Of a stretch of DNA of 64,000 bases, positions 1 to 10,839 are shown one piece after another. The stretch is from an uncultured Candidatus Binatia bacterium (GTDB lineage: Bacteria; Desulfobacterota; Binatia; UBA9968; JAJDTQ01), in the NCBI GenBank assembly GCA_964291295.2, contig OZ219754.1, positions 3,456,001-3,520,000 of the forward strand, read 5' to 3'. Positions within the stretch are counted from its first letter, which is position 1. Each line of letters opens with the position of its first letter. Made by a program: the position numbers and the translations under genes. The notes beneath the pieces were generated by a model that saw only the letters and a list, made by a program, of their open reading frames with translations, had not been told where the DNA came from and did no database searches.

Positions 1-4
1 CCGG

Positions 5-1291
5 GTGAGCGGCGCGTTGGGTTACTGGCGCGAGAGCGGCGAGCTCATCGTCTTCGGCTGCAAGGCGGTGGTCCTGGCCACCGGCGGCTCCGGCAAGTGC
101 TGGCAGGTGACCTCCAACTCGTGGGAGTACAGCGGCGACGGCATGGGCATGGCGATGGAGGCGGGGGCCGATCTCATCGACATGGAGAAGGTCCAGTTCC
201 ACCCCACCGGCATGGTCTGGCCCCCCAGCGTACGCGGCATCCTGGTGACGGAGGGGGTACGCGGAGACGGCGGCACCCTGCTGAACTCCAGGGGCGAACG
301 CTTCATGTTCAACTACATCTCCGACTTCTTCAAGGCGGAGACCGCGGACAACGAGGCGGAAGCGGACGCGTGGTATCAGGACAAGACCCACAACCGCCGG
401 ACTCCGGACCTGCTGCCGCGGGACGAGGTGGCCCGGGCCATCAACGCCGAGGTCAAGGCCGGTCGCGGCACTGAGCACGGCGGCGTGCTCCTGGACATCG
501 CCCATCGCCGGGACGCGGAATACATCAAGCGGCGGCTGCCGTCCATGTACCATCAGTTCAAGGAGCTGGCGGACGTCGACATCACCAGGGAAGCCATGGA
601 GGTGGGGCCCACCTGCCACTACATCATGGGCGGTGTCCGGGTGGACGCGGACAGCTCCGCCACCACGGTGCCGGGTCTCTACGCCGCGGGCGAGGTGGCG
701 GGCGGGCTGCATGGCGCCAACCGGCTGGGCGGCAACTCCCTGTCCGACCTGCTGGTGTTCGGCCGTATCGCCGGCGCCTCGGCCGCGGACCACGCCCTGG
801 GAGCGGAAGCCCCGGCGGCGGCGGATCCGGCAGCGGTGGATCGGCTCACCGGTCTGATGCTGGCGCCCTTCACGGACCGCGGCAACGAGAACCCCTACGC
901 GATTCACAGCGATCTTCAGCGCACCATGCACAACCTCGTCGGCATCATCCGAACCGAGAGCGAGATGCTCAAGGCGCTGGAGGAGATCGCGGCGTACAAG
1001 GACCGGGCCGAGCGGGTCCGGGTCGAGGGCGGCCGCCGCTTCAATCCCGGATGGCATCTGGCACTGGACCTGCGGTGCCTGCTGGCGGTGGCCGAGGCCG
1101 CCACCCTTTCGGCCCTGGAGTGCAAGGAGAGTCGGGGCGGGCATACGCGGGACGACTATCCGGATCCCGACCCCCAGTACGGCAGCGTCAACGTGGTGAC
1201 CCGCAAGCGGAACGGAACCATCTCGATCTCCCTGGAGCCCCTGCCGGAGATGCCCGAGGAGCTCAGAAAACTCGTCGAGGAGCAAGTCTGA
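5..1291 (+). CDS. sdhA: Succinate dehydrogenase/fumarate reductase flavoprotein subunit, 5' part outside window
   Basis: Motifs LATGG, QFHPTG, TEGVRGDGG, HYIMGG, GLHGANRLGGNSL, ESRGGH. Confidence 0.93.
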   Translation: MSGALGYWRESGELIVFGCKAVVLATGGSGKCWQVTSNSWEYSGDGMGMAMEAGADLIDMEKVQFHPTGMVWPPSVRGILVTEGVRGDGGTLLNSRGERFMFNYISDFFKAETADNEAEADAWYQDKTHNRRTPDLLPRDEVARAINAEVKAGRGTEHGGVLLDIAHRRDAEYIKRRLPSMYHQFKELADVDITREAMEVGPTCHYIMGGVRVDADSSATTVPGLYAAGEVAGGLHGANRLGGNSLSDLLVFGRIAGASAADHALGAEAPAAADPAAVDRLTGLMLAPFTDRGNENPYAIHSDLQRTMHNLVGIIRTESEMLKALEEIAAYKDRAERVRVEGGRRFNPGWHLALDLRCLLAVAEAATLSALECKESRGGHTRDDYPDPDPQYGSVNVVTRKRNGTISISLEPLPEMPEELRKLVEEQV

Positions 1292-2067
1292 TGGCTGAAG
1301 CGGCCGGTGCGGCAAACGAAGGCAAAGCGAGGATGCGGGTCTGGCGCGGCGACGCCAGCGGCGGCGAGTTCAGGGACTACACCGTGCCGCTTCAGGAAGG
1401 CATGGTCGTGCTGGACGTCATCCACGGCATCCAGGCCCGGCACGCCGGCGACCTCGCCGTGCGCTGGAACTGCAAGGCCGGGAAATGCGGGTCGTGCAGC
1501 GCCGAGGTCAACGGCAAGCCGCGGCTCATGTGCATGACGCGCATGAACACGTTCGAACCCGGCGAGACCATCACGGTGGCGCCCATCAAGACCTTTCCGC
1601 TGATCCGCGACCTGGTCACCGACGTCTCCTACAACTACGCGAAGGCTCGGACCATCCCGCCGTTCAAGCCCAGGCCCAAGGAAGCCGACGGCACCCGGCG
1701 CATGTACCAGGAGGACATCGACCGGGTGCAGGAATTCCACAAGTGCATCGAGTGCTTCCTGTGCCAGAATGTCTGCCACGTGATCCGCGACCACGACGAC
1801 AACAAGCCGAGCTTTGCCGGGCCGCGTTTCTTCGTGCGGGTGGCGAGCCTGGAGATGCACCCGCTGGACACCGACGACCGGCTGGAATTCCTGCGCAACG
1901 AAGCCGGACTCGGCTTCTGCAACATCACCAAGTGCTGCACCGAGGTCTGTCCGGAAAACATCAAGATCACCGACAACGCCATCATCCCCTTGAAGGAACG
2001 CGTGGTGACGCGGTTCTACGACCCCATCGCGCGGCTCCTGGGCGCGCTGGGCGGGAAGCGCTCCTGA
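1291..2067 (+). CDS. sdhB: Succinate dehydrogenase/fumarate reductase iron-sulfur subunit
   Basis: CKAGKCGSC, CIECFLCQNVC, CNITKCCTEVC clusters; ATG at 1291 overlaps the sdhA stop. Confidence 0.92.
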   Translation: MAEAAGAANEGKARMRVWRGDASGGEFRDYTVPLQEGMVVLDVIHGIQARHAGDLAVRWNCKAGKCGSCSAEVNGKPRLMCMTRMNTFEPGETITVAPIKTFPLIRDLVTDVSYNYAKARTIPPFKPRPKEADGTRRMYQEDIDRVQEFHKCIECFLCQNVCHVIRDHDDNKPSFAGPRFFVRVASLEMHPLDTDDRLEFLRNEAGLGFCNITKCCTEVCPENIKITDNAIIPLKERVVTRFYDPIARLLGALGGKRS

Positions 2068-2074
2068 CACCGGC

Positions 2075-2875
2075 GTGCCCGGTCCGCCGCCCGCACCGAT
2101 GGAACTGTCGGAAAGAGTCGCGCTGATCACCGGCGGCGGCACCGGTATCGGCAAGGCGGTGGCGCGGGCCATGGCCCGGGAGGGAGCCCGGGTCGTCATC
2201 GCCGCGCGCGACCGGGCGAGGCTCGAGGCGGCGGCGGGGGAATTGTCCGCGGAAGGCCATTCCGTGTTGCCGGTGACGCTGGACGTAACGGACAGGCAGG
2301 TGGTTCGCGACTGCGTAAACACGGTCCGGAAACACCGGGGCGGGGTCCACATCCTGGTGAACAACGCCGGCGCCTCGGGCATGACACCCATGGATGAGGC
2401 CGACGATGGCCGCTGGCATGCCATCATCGATACGAACCTGACCGGCGTCTACCGGATGACCCGGGAAGTGCTTGGCGTCATGCGCGACGGCGGCCACGGG
2501 CGCATCATCAACATGGCCTCGGTGCTGGGCAAGTTCGGCGTCGCCGGCTACGCCGCCTACTGCGCCAGCAAGCACGGGCTCATCGGCTTCACCCGGGCGC
2601 TGGCCCTGGAGCTCGTGTCCCGGGGCATTACCGTCAATGCCCTCTGCCCCGGCTGGGTGGACACGGAGATGTCCCGTACCGGCATCGCGCAGATCGCCGC
2701 GCGGCAGGGAACCGACCCCGAGTCCTTCAGGCAACAGGCGCTTGCCGCCGTTCCCATCCGGCGGTTCCTGGAACCGGAGGAGATCGCCCGGTTCGCGGTG
2801 TATCTGGCATCGGACAAGGCGTCCGGCATCACCGGACAGGCCCTCAACATCTGCGGCGGGCAGACAATGGTGTAA
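2075..2875 (+). CDS. SDR family oxidoreductase (FabG-like); start may be ATG 2099
   Basis: TGGGTGIG, NNAG, YCASK motifs. Confidence 0.9.
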   Translation: MPGPPPAPMELSERVALITGGGTGIGKAVARAMAREGARVVIAARDRARLEAAAGELSAEGHSVLPVTLDVTDRQVVRDCVNTVRKHRGGVHILVNNAGASGMTPMDEADDGRWHAIIDTNLTGVYRMTREVLGVMRDGGHGRIINMASVLGKFGVAGYAAYCASKHGLIGFTRALALELVSRGITVNALCPGWVDTEMSRTGIAQIAARQGTDPESFRQQALAAVPIRRFLEPEEIARFAVYLASDKASGITGQALNICGGQTMV

Positions 2876-2878
2876 CCC

Positions 2879-3703
2879 ATGACGATCCCGGAACTCGAAG
2901 CCCTGGCCAGGGACATCAGAGTCGAAGTGATCCGCATGCTGGTGGAGGCGGGCTCCGGCCATCCGGGCGGCTCGCTGTCGTGCACCGACATGGTGACGGC
3001 GTTGTACTTCCACCAGATGCGCCACCGGCCGGACCAGCCGGATTGGCCCGACCGCGACCGGTTCGTGCTCTCCAAGGGCCACTGCGTGCCGGCCGTGTAC
3101 GCCGCCCTGGCCCGGGCCGGCTACTTTCCGCGGGAGGAGATGCGGACCCTGCGCAAGCTCGACAGCCGCATCCAGGGACACCCGGACCGCCACCGCTTCC
3201 CGTATCTGGAGGCCTCCACCGGCTCTCTGGGACAGGGACTGTCGGTGGCCCTGGGGATGGCTCTGGCGGGCAGGACCAGCGGCCGGGACTACCGCGTCTA
3301 CTGCATCATCAGCGACGGCGAGTGCCAGGCCGGACAGATCTGGGAGGCGGCCATGGCCGCGCCCCGGTTCCATCTCGACAATCTCTGTGTGCTTGTGGAC
3401 TACAACCACATCCAGTTGAGCGGCGGCGTGGACGACATCATGAGCCTGGAGCCGCTGCCGGACAAGTGGCGCGCGTTCAACTGGAACGTGCTGGAAATCG
3501 ACGGACACAGCTTCCCGGCCCTGCTCGAGTCGCTGGCGGCCGCGGCGCAGCATCGTGACGGCCCCACGGTCATCGTTTGCCAGACCGTCAAGGGCAAGGG
3601 GGTGAGCTTCATGGAGAACCGTTGGGAGTGGCACGGCAAGGCCCCCGGCCGCGAGGAAGGCGAACGCGCCATCGCCGAGATCGTCGACGGAGCAAACGCA
3701 TGA
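2879..3703 (+). CDS. Split transketolase, N-terminal TPP-binding subunit
   Basis: SGHPGGSLS, DRFVLSKGH, TGSLGQG, SDGECQAG. Confidence 0.92.
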   Translation: MTIPELEALARDIRVEVIRMLVEAGSGHPGGSLSCTDMVTALYFHQMRHRPDQPDWPDRDRFVLSKGHCVPAVYAALARAGYFPREEMRTLRKLDSRIQGHPDRHRFPYLEASTGSLGQGLSVALGMALAGRTSGRDYRVYCIISDGECQAGQIWEAAMAAPRFHLDNLCVLVDYNHIQLSGGVDDIMSLEPLPDKWRAFNWNVLEIDGHSFPALLESLAAAAQHRDGPTVIVCQTVKGKGVSFMENRWEWHGKAPGREEGERAIAEIVDGANA

Positions 3704-4623
3704 GCGCCACCGCAACACGCGTCACCTTCGGCGAGACCGTGACCCGGCTGGCCGACACCCATCCGGACATCGTGGTGCTGGACGCCGACCTGCGGAAGTC
3801 CACCATGACCGACGCGTTCTCCCGGAAGCATCCGGACCGGTTCTTCGACGTGGGCATCGCCGAGGGGAACATGGTGGGCATCGGCGCGGGCATGGCCCTG
3901 GCGGGCAAGATCCCCTTCATCTGCAGCTTCGCCTGCTTCGTGGTGGGCCGCTTCGAGCAGATCCGCATGGCCGTGGCCTACAACCGCGCCAACGTCAAGA
4001 TCGTCGGCACCCACGCCGGCATCGGCATCGGCGAGGACGGCTACAGCCAGATGGCGACCGAAGACATGGGGCTGATGCGCACCCTGCCGAACATGGCCGT
4101 GGTGCAACCCGCCGACGCCATCGAGACCCGCGGCGCCGTGGAGTATATCACGCGGCACGACGGACCCGTGTTCCTGCGGCTCACCCGCCAGAAGGTGGCC
4201 GACGTCAACGGCGCGGATTACGAATTCCGGTTCGGCAAGGCAGTGGTACTCCGGGAAGGCACCGACGTGTCGCTGTTCGGGACCGGTGCCGTGATGGAGA
4301 ACGCGCTCAAGGCCGCCGACCTGCTGGCCGACCGGGGCATCCAGGCCCAAGTGGTCAACATCCACACCATCAAACCCATCGACACCGACTTCATCTCGTC
4401 CGTCGCCTCGGGGCACGGCAGGATCGTGACCGTCGAGGACCACGGGATCTCGGGCGGCCTCGGCAGCGCCGTGGCCGAAACCGTGGCCGAACTCGGCCGC
4501 GGACGCGTCCGGCGCGTGGGCGTCACCGAGTTCGCCGAGTCCGGCGACACCGAGGGGCTCTACGCCAAGTACGGACTGTCCGCCGGGCACATCAGCGCCG
4601 CGGCGGTGGAATTGATGGGTTAG
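3700..4623 (+). CDS. Split transketolase, C-terminal subunit
   Basis: GIAEGNMVG, GEDGYSQMA, EDHGISGGLGS; ATGA overlap with the N-terminal subunit gene. Confidence 0.92.
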   Translation: MSATATRVTFGETVTRLADTHPDIVVLDADLRKSTMTDAFSRKHPDRFFDVGIAEGNMVGIGAGMALAGKIPFICSFACFVVGRFEQIRMAVAYNRANVKIVGTHAGIGIGEDGYSQMATEDMGLMRTLPNMAVVQPADAIETRGAVEYITRHDGPVFLRLTRQKVADVNGADYEFRFGKAVVLREGTDVSLFGTGAVMENALKAADLLADRGIQAQVVNIHTIKPIDTDFISSVASGHGRIVTVEDHGISGGLGSAVAETVAELGRGRVRRVGVTEFAESGDTEGLYAKYGLSAGHISAAAVELMG

Positions 4624-4964
4624 CAGCCTGTCGGACTTGGGGGGTTCTGGGCCGAAGCTTGCTCTTGCCGGACCGCGTCGCACCTGCCGACTCTTGGCCC
4701 TCGTACACGGCCTTCGCCCGGCGCTCCAACTCCGCACACGCCCTGTCCAGCTTCGCCTTCAGCGTCTTCCGCCGTCTCAACTGCCTCCGGCAGCCCCTGC
4801 CGGTCCGTCTCCGCGTCCGCTCGTTCCGCGCGACCCATCAACTCTCCTGTCTCCCTACGCAGTCGCTCGCGCAACTCCACCGCCCGGTCGTAACGAATCC
4901 CCTTGCGCTTGTTCGCGTTCGCACCCATCTGCATGCCGTCCACGCTCACCGTCCCTACCTTCAC
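4621..4964 (-). mobile_element. Internally deleted, frameshifted IS1182-like transposase remnant with probable IS end
   Basis: VGTVSVDG..GANANKRKGIRYDRA and LKAKLDRACAELERRAKA in two frames; minus-strand end AAGTCCGACAGGCTGCTA abuts the transketolase TAG. Confidence 0.6.
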
Positions 4965-5140
4965 TCCAGAACATGGAACGTTCCGAAGTTCTTGATCACA
5001 ACTTTTTCACCTCGCGACAGGGCATCCGATATGTGGCGCAGGATGCCCTCGACCAGGTGATCGCAATCTTTGCGCTGTACCTGAGAAGCCTGGAACACCG
5101 CCTGGCTCAAGTTGGATCTGGTTACAGTTTTTCCGCCCAT
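4961..5140 (-). pseudogene. ihfA: Truncated integration host factor alpha-like (HU/IHF) gene
   Basis: MGGKTVTRSNLSQAV...ISDALSRGEKVVIKNFGTF; stops at 59 aa, before the DNA-binding arm, at the IS remnant junction. Confidence 0.72.
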
Positions 5141-5801
5141 ACCCAAAGCCTCTGACCGCATTCAGCCGAACGGGCAGCAGCGCCAATCCGATTGAACCGC
5201 TATACCGCCGCGAAGGATCGAGCCGACACAAACATCCTTGCGTGCTCTGAGGCATGTGCGCTGTCTGGAACGGCTTTCTGAGCAGGGGAACTTTCTGAGC
5301 AAGGGAAGCCGGATAGGTCGAGATTTGTCTTACCCCGCCGGCGTGTTTGATTTCCGCGGGGTCCGGCGCGCCGCCCGGTGCGATGCGGCGACATCCTCGG
5401 GTCCGACACGGTCCACCGCATCCTGCCGAAGGCGGGCAGGATGCGGGTGCCCAACTCCGCCCGGCTCAGCCCCGCGCCGATGAGGACCGTTTCCCGACCG
5501 GTCCGCCTGAGGGCGTTGGACTGCAAGCTGCAAACAGGTGCGGGTCCGCTTTCCAGCGCCGTCGCCGGCAAGCAGTGAAGAGCCAGAAGGACAAGTGCGG
5601 CTGTTGCCTTGCGCGCCGGAAGTCAGGTGCAGGCCACAACAAGGCGTCCCGCGCCCCGCCCCCGCGATTGCGGGGCAAGAGGGGCGCGGGACCGTTCTCA
5701 CCATGACCGCCCCTGGACGCTCGCTTGCGCGCCCGCCGTCCCCATGGAGACTGCGGCTCCGGCTGTCGAGCGTGCGGGCAACTCGAAACCCGTTGTTGTT
5801 G

Positions 5802-7016
<1,215 letters not shown>

Positions 7017-7437
7017 CGATACACCGGGCCGCATGTTCGTAGCGGCGCCGGTCGAGATAGCCCAGGTCCCGGGCCGCACGGCACAGGAAACGCAGCTTTT
7101 CGAGACCGAGGTTCGCGCGCGCCAGATGGCCTGCCCGGCTGCGCGTGTATGTGGCCTCGACCAAGCTTTCCAGCACGTCCAGGGCCACGCCCTGCATACG
7201 GTCCCCCAGCAGAAACTTCTGGCTTCTCGGGAAGCGCTCCAGAACCGGAACCAGCCACAGTACGAAACGGTAATGGGCTTCCAGCGCCGGCCCGGTCTCC
7301 CGCGCGCCATCCCCCTTCCGAGGGCCCGCCGGCCTCTCGCCCGTTCCATCCGGATTCGTCGTCACGGCTCAAGCGAGTGCCTTCGCAAACCCGACAGGAC
7401 CCGCCTCCGGATACGAAAGCCGGGAACCCCAAAAAGC

Positions 7438-7460
7438 GTCCGGGGGCTACGCCCCCGGAC
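7438..7460 (-). promoter_or_regulatory. DGR target-recognition hairpin/cruciform downstream of VR
   Basis: Perfect GTCCGGGGGC-GTA-GCCCCCGGAC on the minus strand, 23 nt after the target stop. Confidence 0.85.
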
Positions 7461-7483
7461 CCCCGAGGTAAGGAGGTAAAGAC

Positions 7484-9229
7484 TCAAGGGGCAAGCGTCC
7501 GGGCAACTCGAAACCCGATGTCGTCGTCACGGTCTCCGGCGCCGTTCTTGATGCGGATCGCGGACCGGAGGTACCCCGGAGAGTTGAACCAGGAACCGCC
7601 CCGCAACACGCGGCGACCGCGGCGACTGCAATCGCCGCCGCTCGTCCAGGCGCTTCCATCCGATGGCGCTCCCGCATAGTCGCCATGCCAGCAGTCCTCC
7701 ACCCACTCCCACACATTCCCATGCATGTCGTGCAGGCCGAAACCGTTCGCCGAAAAGGAACCAACCGGCGCCGTTTGCTTGTTACCCCAGCGACTGCCGC
7801 AGTCATGGCAGTTAGCACGGCCCTGACCGATCGAATCACCCCAGTGGTAGCGGCTCCATGTCCCCGCGCGCGCCGCATATTCCCACTCCGCCTCCGTCAG
7901 CAGGCGGTAGCGCTGACCGGTCTTCTCCGACAGCCAACGAACGTACGCCTGTGCATCCTTCCAGTTGACGCACACGACCGGGTCGCGATCCGTCTGCCGG
8001 AACCCGGGATTGTCCCAGCAGGAATTGCGCATGGCGTGGCCGGTAGCTTCGACGAACTTCCCGAACTCGCCGCGCGTCACCTCGTATTTGCCCACCGCAA
8101 AGGACTCCGCTATCGTCACCCGGCGCTGCGGGCCTTCGTCCCTGTCGCGTCCCTTTTCCGAAGCCGGCGAGCCCATGGTGAAAGAACCCGCCGGAACGAC
8201 CACCATCTCCGGGCATTCCGGGCAATCGTGGAACTCCTTTCCCGGAGGGAAAAGGCTCGCTACTGTCTTGCCTCCAGGTCCCTTGATCGAGGCGTCCGCA
8301 CCACCTTTCATCAGCAAGTCGATTATCTCGTCATGCCCGTGCACCGCCGCCATGAACAGCGCCGTCGCCCCGTCCGCCAAGCGTATGTCGGGATCCGCGC
8401 CGGCCTCCAGCAGATGCGGAACCAGCAGCGTGTAACCCTTGTCCACCGCGAGCATCAGGGGCGTCCAGCCGCGGGCGTCCCGGACGTTGACGTCCGCTCC
8501 CGTCGCCAGCGCCGCCTTCAGCCCGTCGACATCGCCCGCATTCACCAGCCGGTGCAGGTCGACGGGAGGTGGGGCGGGCCTGCGCTCTGCCGGGGCTTCG
8601 GTGACATTCCGGCCCCCGGCTGCGGTGCGCATCGCGCGCAGGGCCCCCGGGGTCAACATGTCGCCCGGCGGCATGCCCGTGTCCCGCAGGAACGCCGCAT
8701 AGGCCCGTCCGGTCTGCGGACCCCAGTGCCCGTCGGGCGGTCCGGGCCTGTAGCCGAGCGCGGCCAGGAGCGCCTGCGCCTCCCGGACCGCCCGTGGCGG
8801 CGGCCCGGCGGGAGATTCCGCAGCCGGAGCGTCCCCGGTGGACGGGCGGCTGGCGGTCGGCGCGCCCCGGCTCCGCCAAGCCCGCGCGAGCTTGCGCGCC
8901 TCGGCCCGCTCCCCGGCCGTCATGTCCTCCGCCAGCGCGTCGCGTTCCGCCGCCGCCTCAACACTGCCGAGACCCGCAGCGAGGTTCAGCCACTTGTGCG
9001 CCTCGACATAGTCCTGGGGAACGCCGAGACCCTTCACATGGGCCCGGCCCAGCGCCAGCATGGCGCGCGCGTCGCCCGTCTCCGCCGCCGCTCCCCATTG
9101 CGCCAGCGCCTCGGCGGTTCGGCCCGCATCCCACGCCGTCTGTCCCGCCTCGAAATCCGCCCGCGCGGCCGCGCCGCACGACAATATCGCCGCCAGGCAG
9201 CAGACGGCCAAGACTGCGTTCCGATACAT
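7484..9229 (-). CDS. DGR target: secreted Sel1 + peptidoglycan-binding + ankyrin + FGE-sulfatase (CLec-fold) protein
   Basis: GGAGG then MYRNAVLAVCCLAA signal peptide; GLGVPQDYVEAHKW; AQALLAALGY.PGPPDGHWGPQT; GWTPLMLA and GATALFMAA; CPECPEMVVVPAG, RLLTEAEWEYAAR, DMHGNVWEW. Confidence 0.92.
   Translation of the reverse strand: MYRNAVLAVCCLAAILSCGAAARADFEAGQTAWDAGRTAEALAQWGAAAETGDARAMLALGRAHVKGLGVPQDYVEAHKWLNLAAGLGSVEAAAERDALAEDMTAGERAEARKLARAWRSRGAPTASRPSTGDAPAAESPAGPPPRAVREAQALLAALGYRPGPPDGHWGPQTGRAYAAFLRDTGMPPGDMLTPGALRAMRTAAGGRNVTEAPAERRPAPPPVDLHRLVNAGDVDGLKAALATGADVNVRDARGWTPLMLAVDKGYTLLVPHLLEAGADPDIRLADGATALFMAAVHGHDEIIDLLMKGGADASIKGPGGKTVASLFPPGKEFHDCPECPEMVVVPAGSFTMGSPASEKGRDRDEGPQRRVTIAESFAVGKYEVTRGEFGKFVEATGHAMRNSCWDNPGFRQTDRDPVVCVNWKDAQAYVRWLSEKTGQRYRLLTEAEWEYAARAGTWSRYHWGDSIGQGRANCHDCGSRWGNKQTAPVGSFSANGFGLHDMHGNVWEWVEDCWHGDYAGAPSDGSAWTSGGDCSRRGRRVLRGGSWFNSPGYLRSAIRIKNGAGDRDDDIGFRVARTLAP
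7494..7617 (-). repeat. DGR variable repeat (VR) at the 3' end of the target gene
   Basis: Reads RRVLRGGSWFNSPGYLRSAIRIKNGAGDRDDDIGFRVART; 15 A-to-N changes relative to TR. Confidence 0.95.
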
Positions 9230-9251
9230 CCGTTGTCTCCCCTCCGAAACC

Positions 9252-10835
9252 CTAATACGAACAATTCCAGGTGCCATCGCTGCCGCGCCAGGGAGTGCCG
9301 CCCGCACCGCAATCGAAACACCACGTGCCACCGGCGTCGGTAAGAAGAACGCCGCTCACGCCACAAGTAATGGCTGCCCCCCTGAGCCGGTCCTGACGTT
9401 CCCGTTCCCGTTGTTCCCGGTTCTGCTGCAAGATCAGCTGGAGCTGTCGTTCCTGTTCCTGTCGGACCCTTTCCTGCCGGGCCTGTTCCTGTTGTTGCTC
9501 CCGATAGGCCTGCCGCTGCCGGTCCCGGGCCTGCTGCAAGATCAGTTGTTCCTGTCGGGCCTGTTCCCGTTGAGCTCTTTCCCGTGCCCTTTCCTGTTGA
9601 CGGTCCCGGGTCTGCTGCAACATCTGCAGGTTCCGTCTTATCTGGTGCACGCTTTCGTTGAGGCGCCGCCTGCTGTCTTCGGCGCGCCGCCGGTTGTCTT
9701 CGCGGATCCTCTCCTTTTCGCGGATACTCTCCATCTCTATGGCGTGTAATTCCTCGCGCCAGCGCCTGTCGGCGGCCGCCTCTGCCTGCCTCCGTGCCTC
9801 CTCGGCCGCATGGGCGGCAGCCATCTCTGCCTGCCTCCGTGCCTCCTCGGCCGCATGGGCGGCAGCCATCTCTGCCTGCCTCCGCGCCTCCTCGGCCGCA
9901 CGGGCGGCAGCCGCCTCTGCCTGCCTCCGCGCCTCCTCCGCGCGACGGTCGGCCTCCAGCTTTTCCAGCGCCCTTGCATACCCGGCCGGCTGAGGCCCCC
10001 GGCCCGGCACGCCAGTCAGCGCCTTCTCGTAGTTCGACGGGCCGGTTTGACTCACCGGCGCCGCCCGGGTCTCCGCCGCCTCCGGCGCCCAAGGGTCCCC
10101 GGCAGCCCGGGCCGCCGCGCTCGCTCCCTCGCCCCTTTCGCCCCACGGGTCGTCCGGCTGCGCCCACGGGTCCTGCCCGTCTTCACGCGCCTTCTCCGCC
10201 CCCGGCGCCGCCGCCGGCATGTTCGAGACAGTTTCGTTGCGCCGCCACGCCGGGTCGCGGGGGAGCCCCTGCTCGCGGACGATCCGGCGCATCCGGTAGG
10301 GCAGCATGTCCAAGTGGAGCTCTGCTTCCTGCTCCTGCCACCTGGCCTCGAAGCGCCGTTCGATTGCGGCAACGACCTTCGGCGCGATCAGGCTGGATCC
10401 GGCCGCGCGTCCCAGATCCCACGCGGCGAGGGCGTGGCTGACAAGTGGAGAGTAACTCCGCGCCGCCACGACCGGAAGGGCCCAACGCTTGCCCAGCTTC
10501 TTCAGCACGGGACCCAGGGACTTCGTCTTCTCCAGCTTCTTCCAGGCCACCTCCCCCACTTTCCACATTGCCCGCTCGGCCTTGTGGGCCGCCTTGCGCA
10601 CCATCATGTCGTCCACGGGGGACCGTTCGGCACTCTCCCGGCCCTGCGGCTTCCCGTCTGCGTGCGGATTCCTCTTGTCCAGATCCCGGGCCGCGGCCCT
10701 CAGGAGGTTTGTCGCGAAGGATTCCAACGTGAACCCGTGCGCCGGAACCGCCGCAACGGAGACCGCCGCCAGCGTCAGGACGGTCGCACAGGCGCAGACC
10801 GGGTTTGCCAAGGCGCGCGCGTGTCTTGCGAACAT
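9252..10835 (-). CDS. Putative secreted coiled-coil protein with Cys-rich C-terminus
   Basis: AAGGAG SD; hydrophobic N-terminus ending AHG; long E/Q/R/A-rich helix; C-terminus TCGVSG..WCFDCG..WNCSY. Confidence 0.72.
   Translation of the reverse strand: MFARHARALANPVCACATVLTLAAVSVAAVPAHGFTLESFATNLLRAAARDLDKRNPHADGKPQGRESAERSPVDDMMVRKAAHKAERAMWKVGEVAWKKLEKTKSLGPVLKKLGKRWALPVVAARSYSPLVSHALAAWDLGRAAGSSLIAPKVVAAIERRFEARWQEQEAELHLDMLPYRMRRIVREQGLPRDPAWRRNETVSNMPAAAPGAEKAREDGQDPWAQPDDPWGERGEGASAAARAAGDPWAPEAAETRAAPVSQTGPSNYEKALTGVPGRGPQPAGYARALEKLEADRRAEEARRQAEAAAARAAEEARRQAEMAAAHAAEEARRQAEMAAAHAAEEARRQAEAAADRRWREELHAIEMESIREKERIREDNRRRAEDSRRRLNESVHQIRRNLQMLQQTRDRQQERARERAQREQARQEQLILQQARDRQRQAYREQQQEQARQERVRQEQERQLQLILQQNREQRERERQDRLRGAAITCGVSGVLLTDAGGTWCFDCGAGGTPWRGSDGTWNCSY
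9781..9939. repeat. 45-bp coding tandem repeat, about 3.5 copies (EEARRQAEMAAAHAA)
   Basis: Units start at 9781, 9826, 9871, 9916. Confidence 0.9.
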
Positions 10836-10839
10836 CTCC

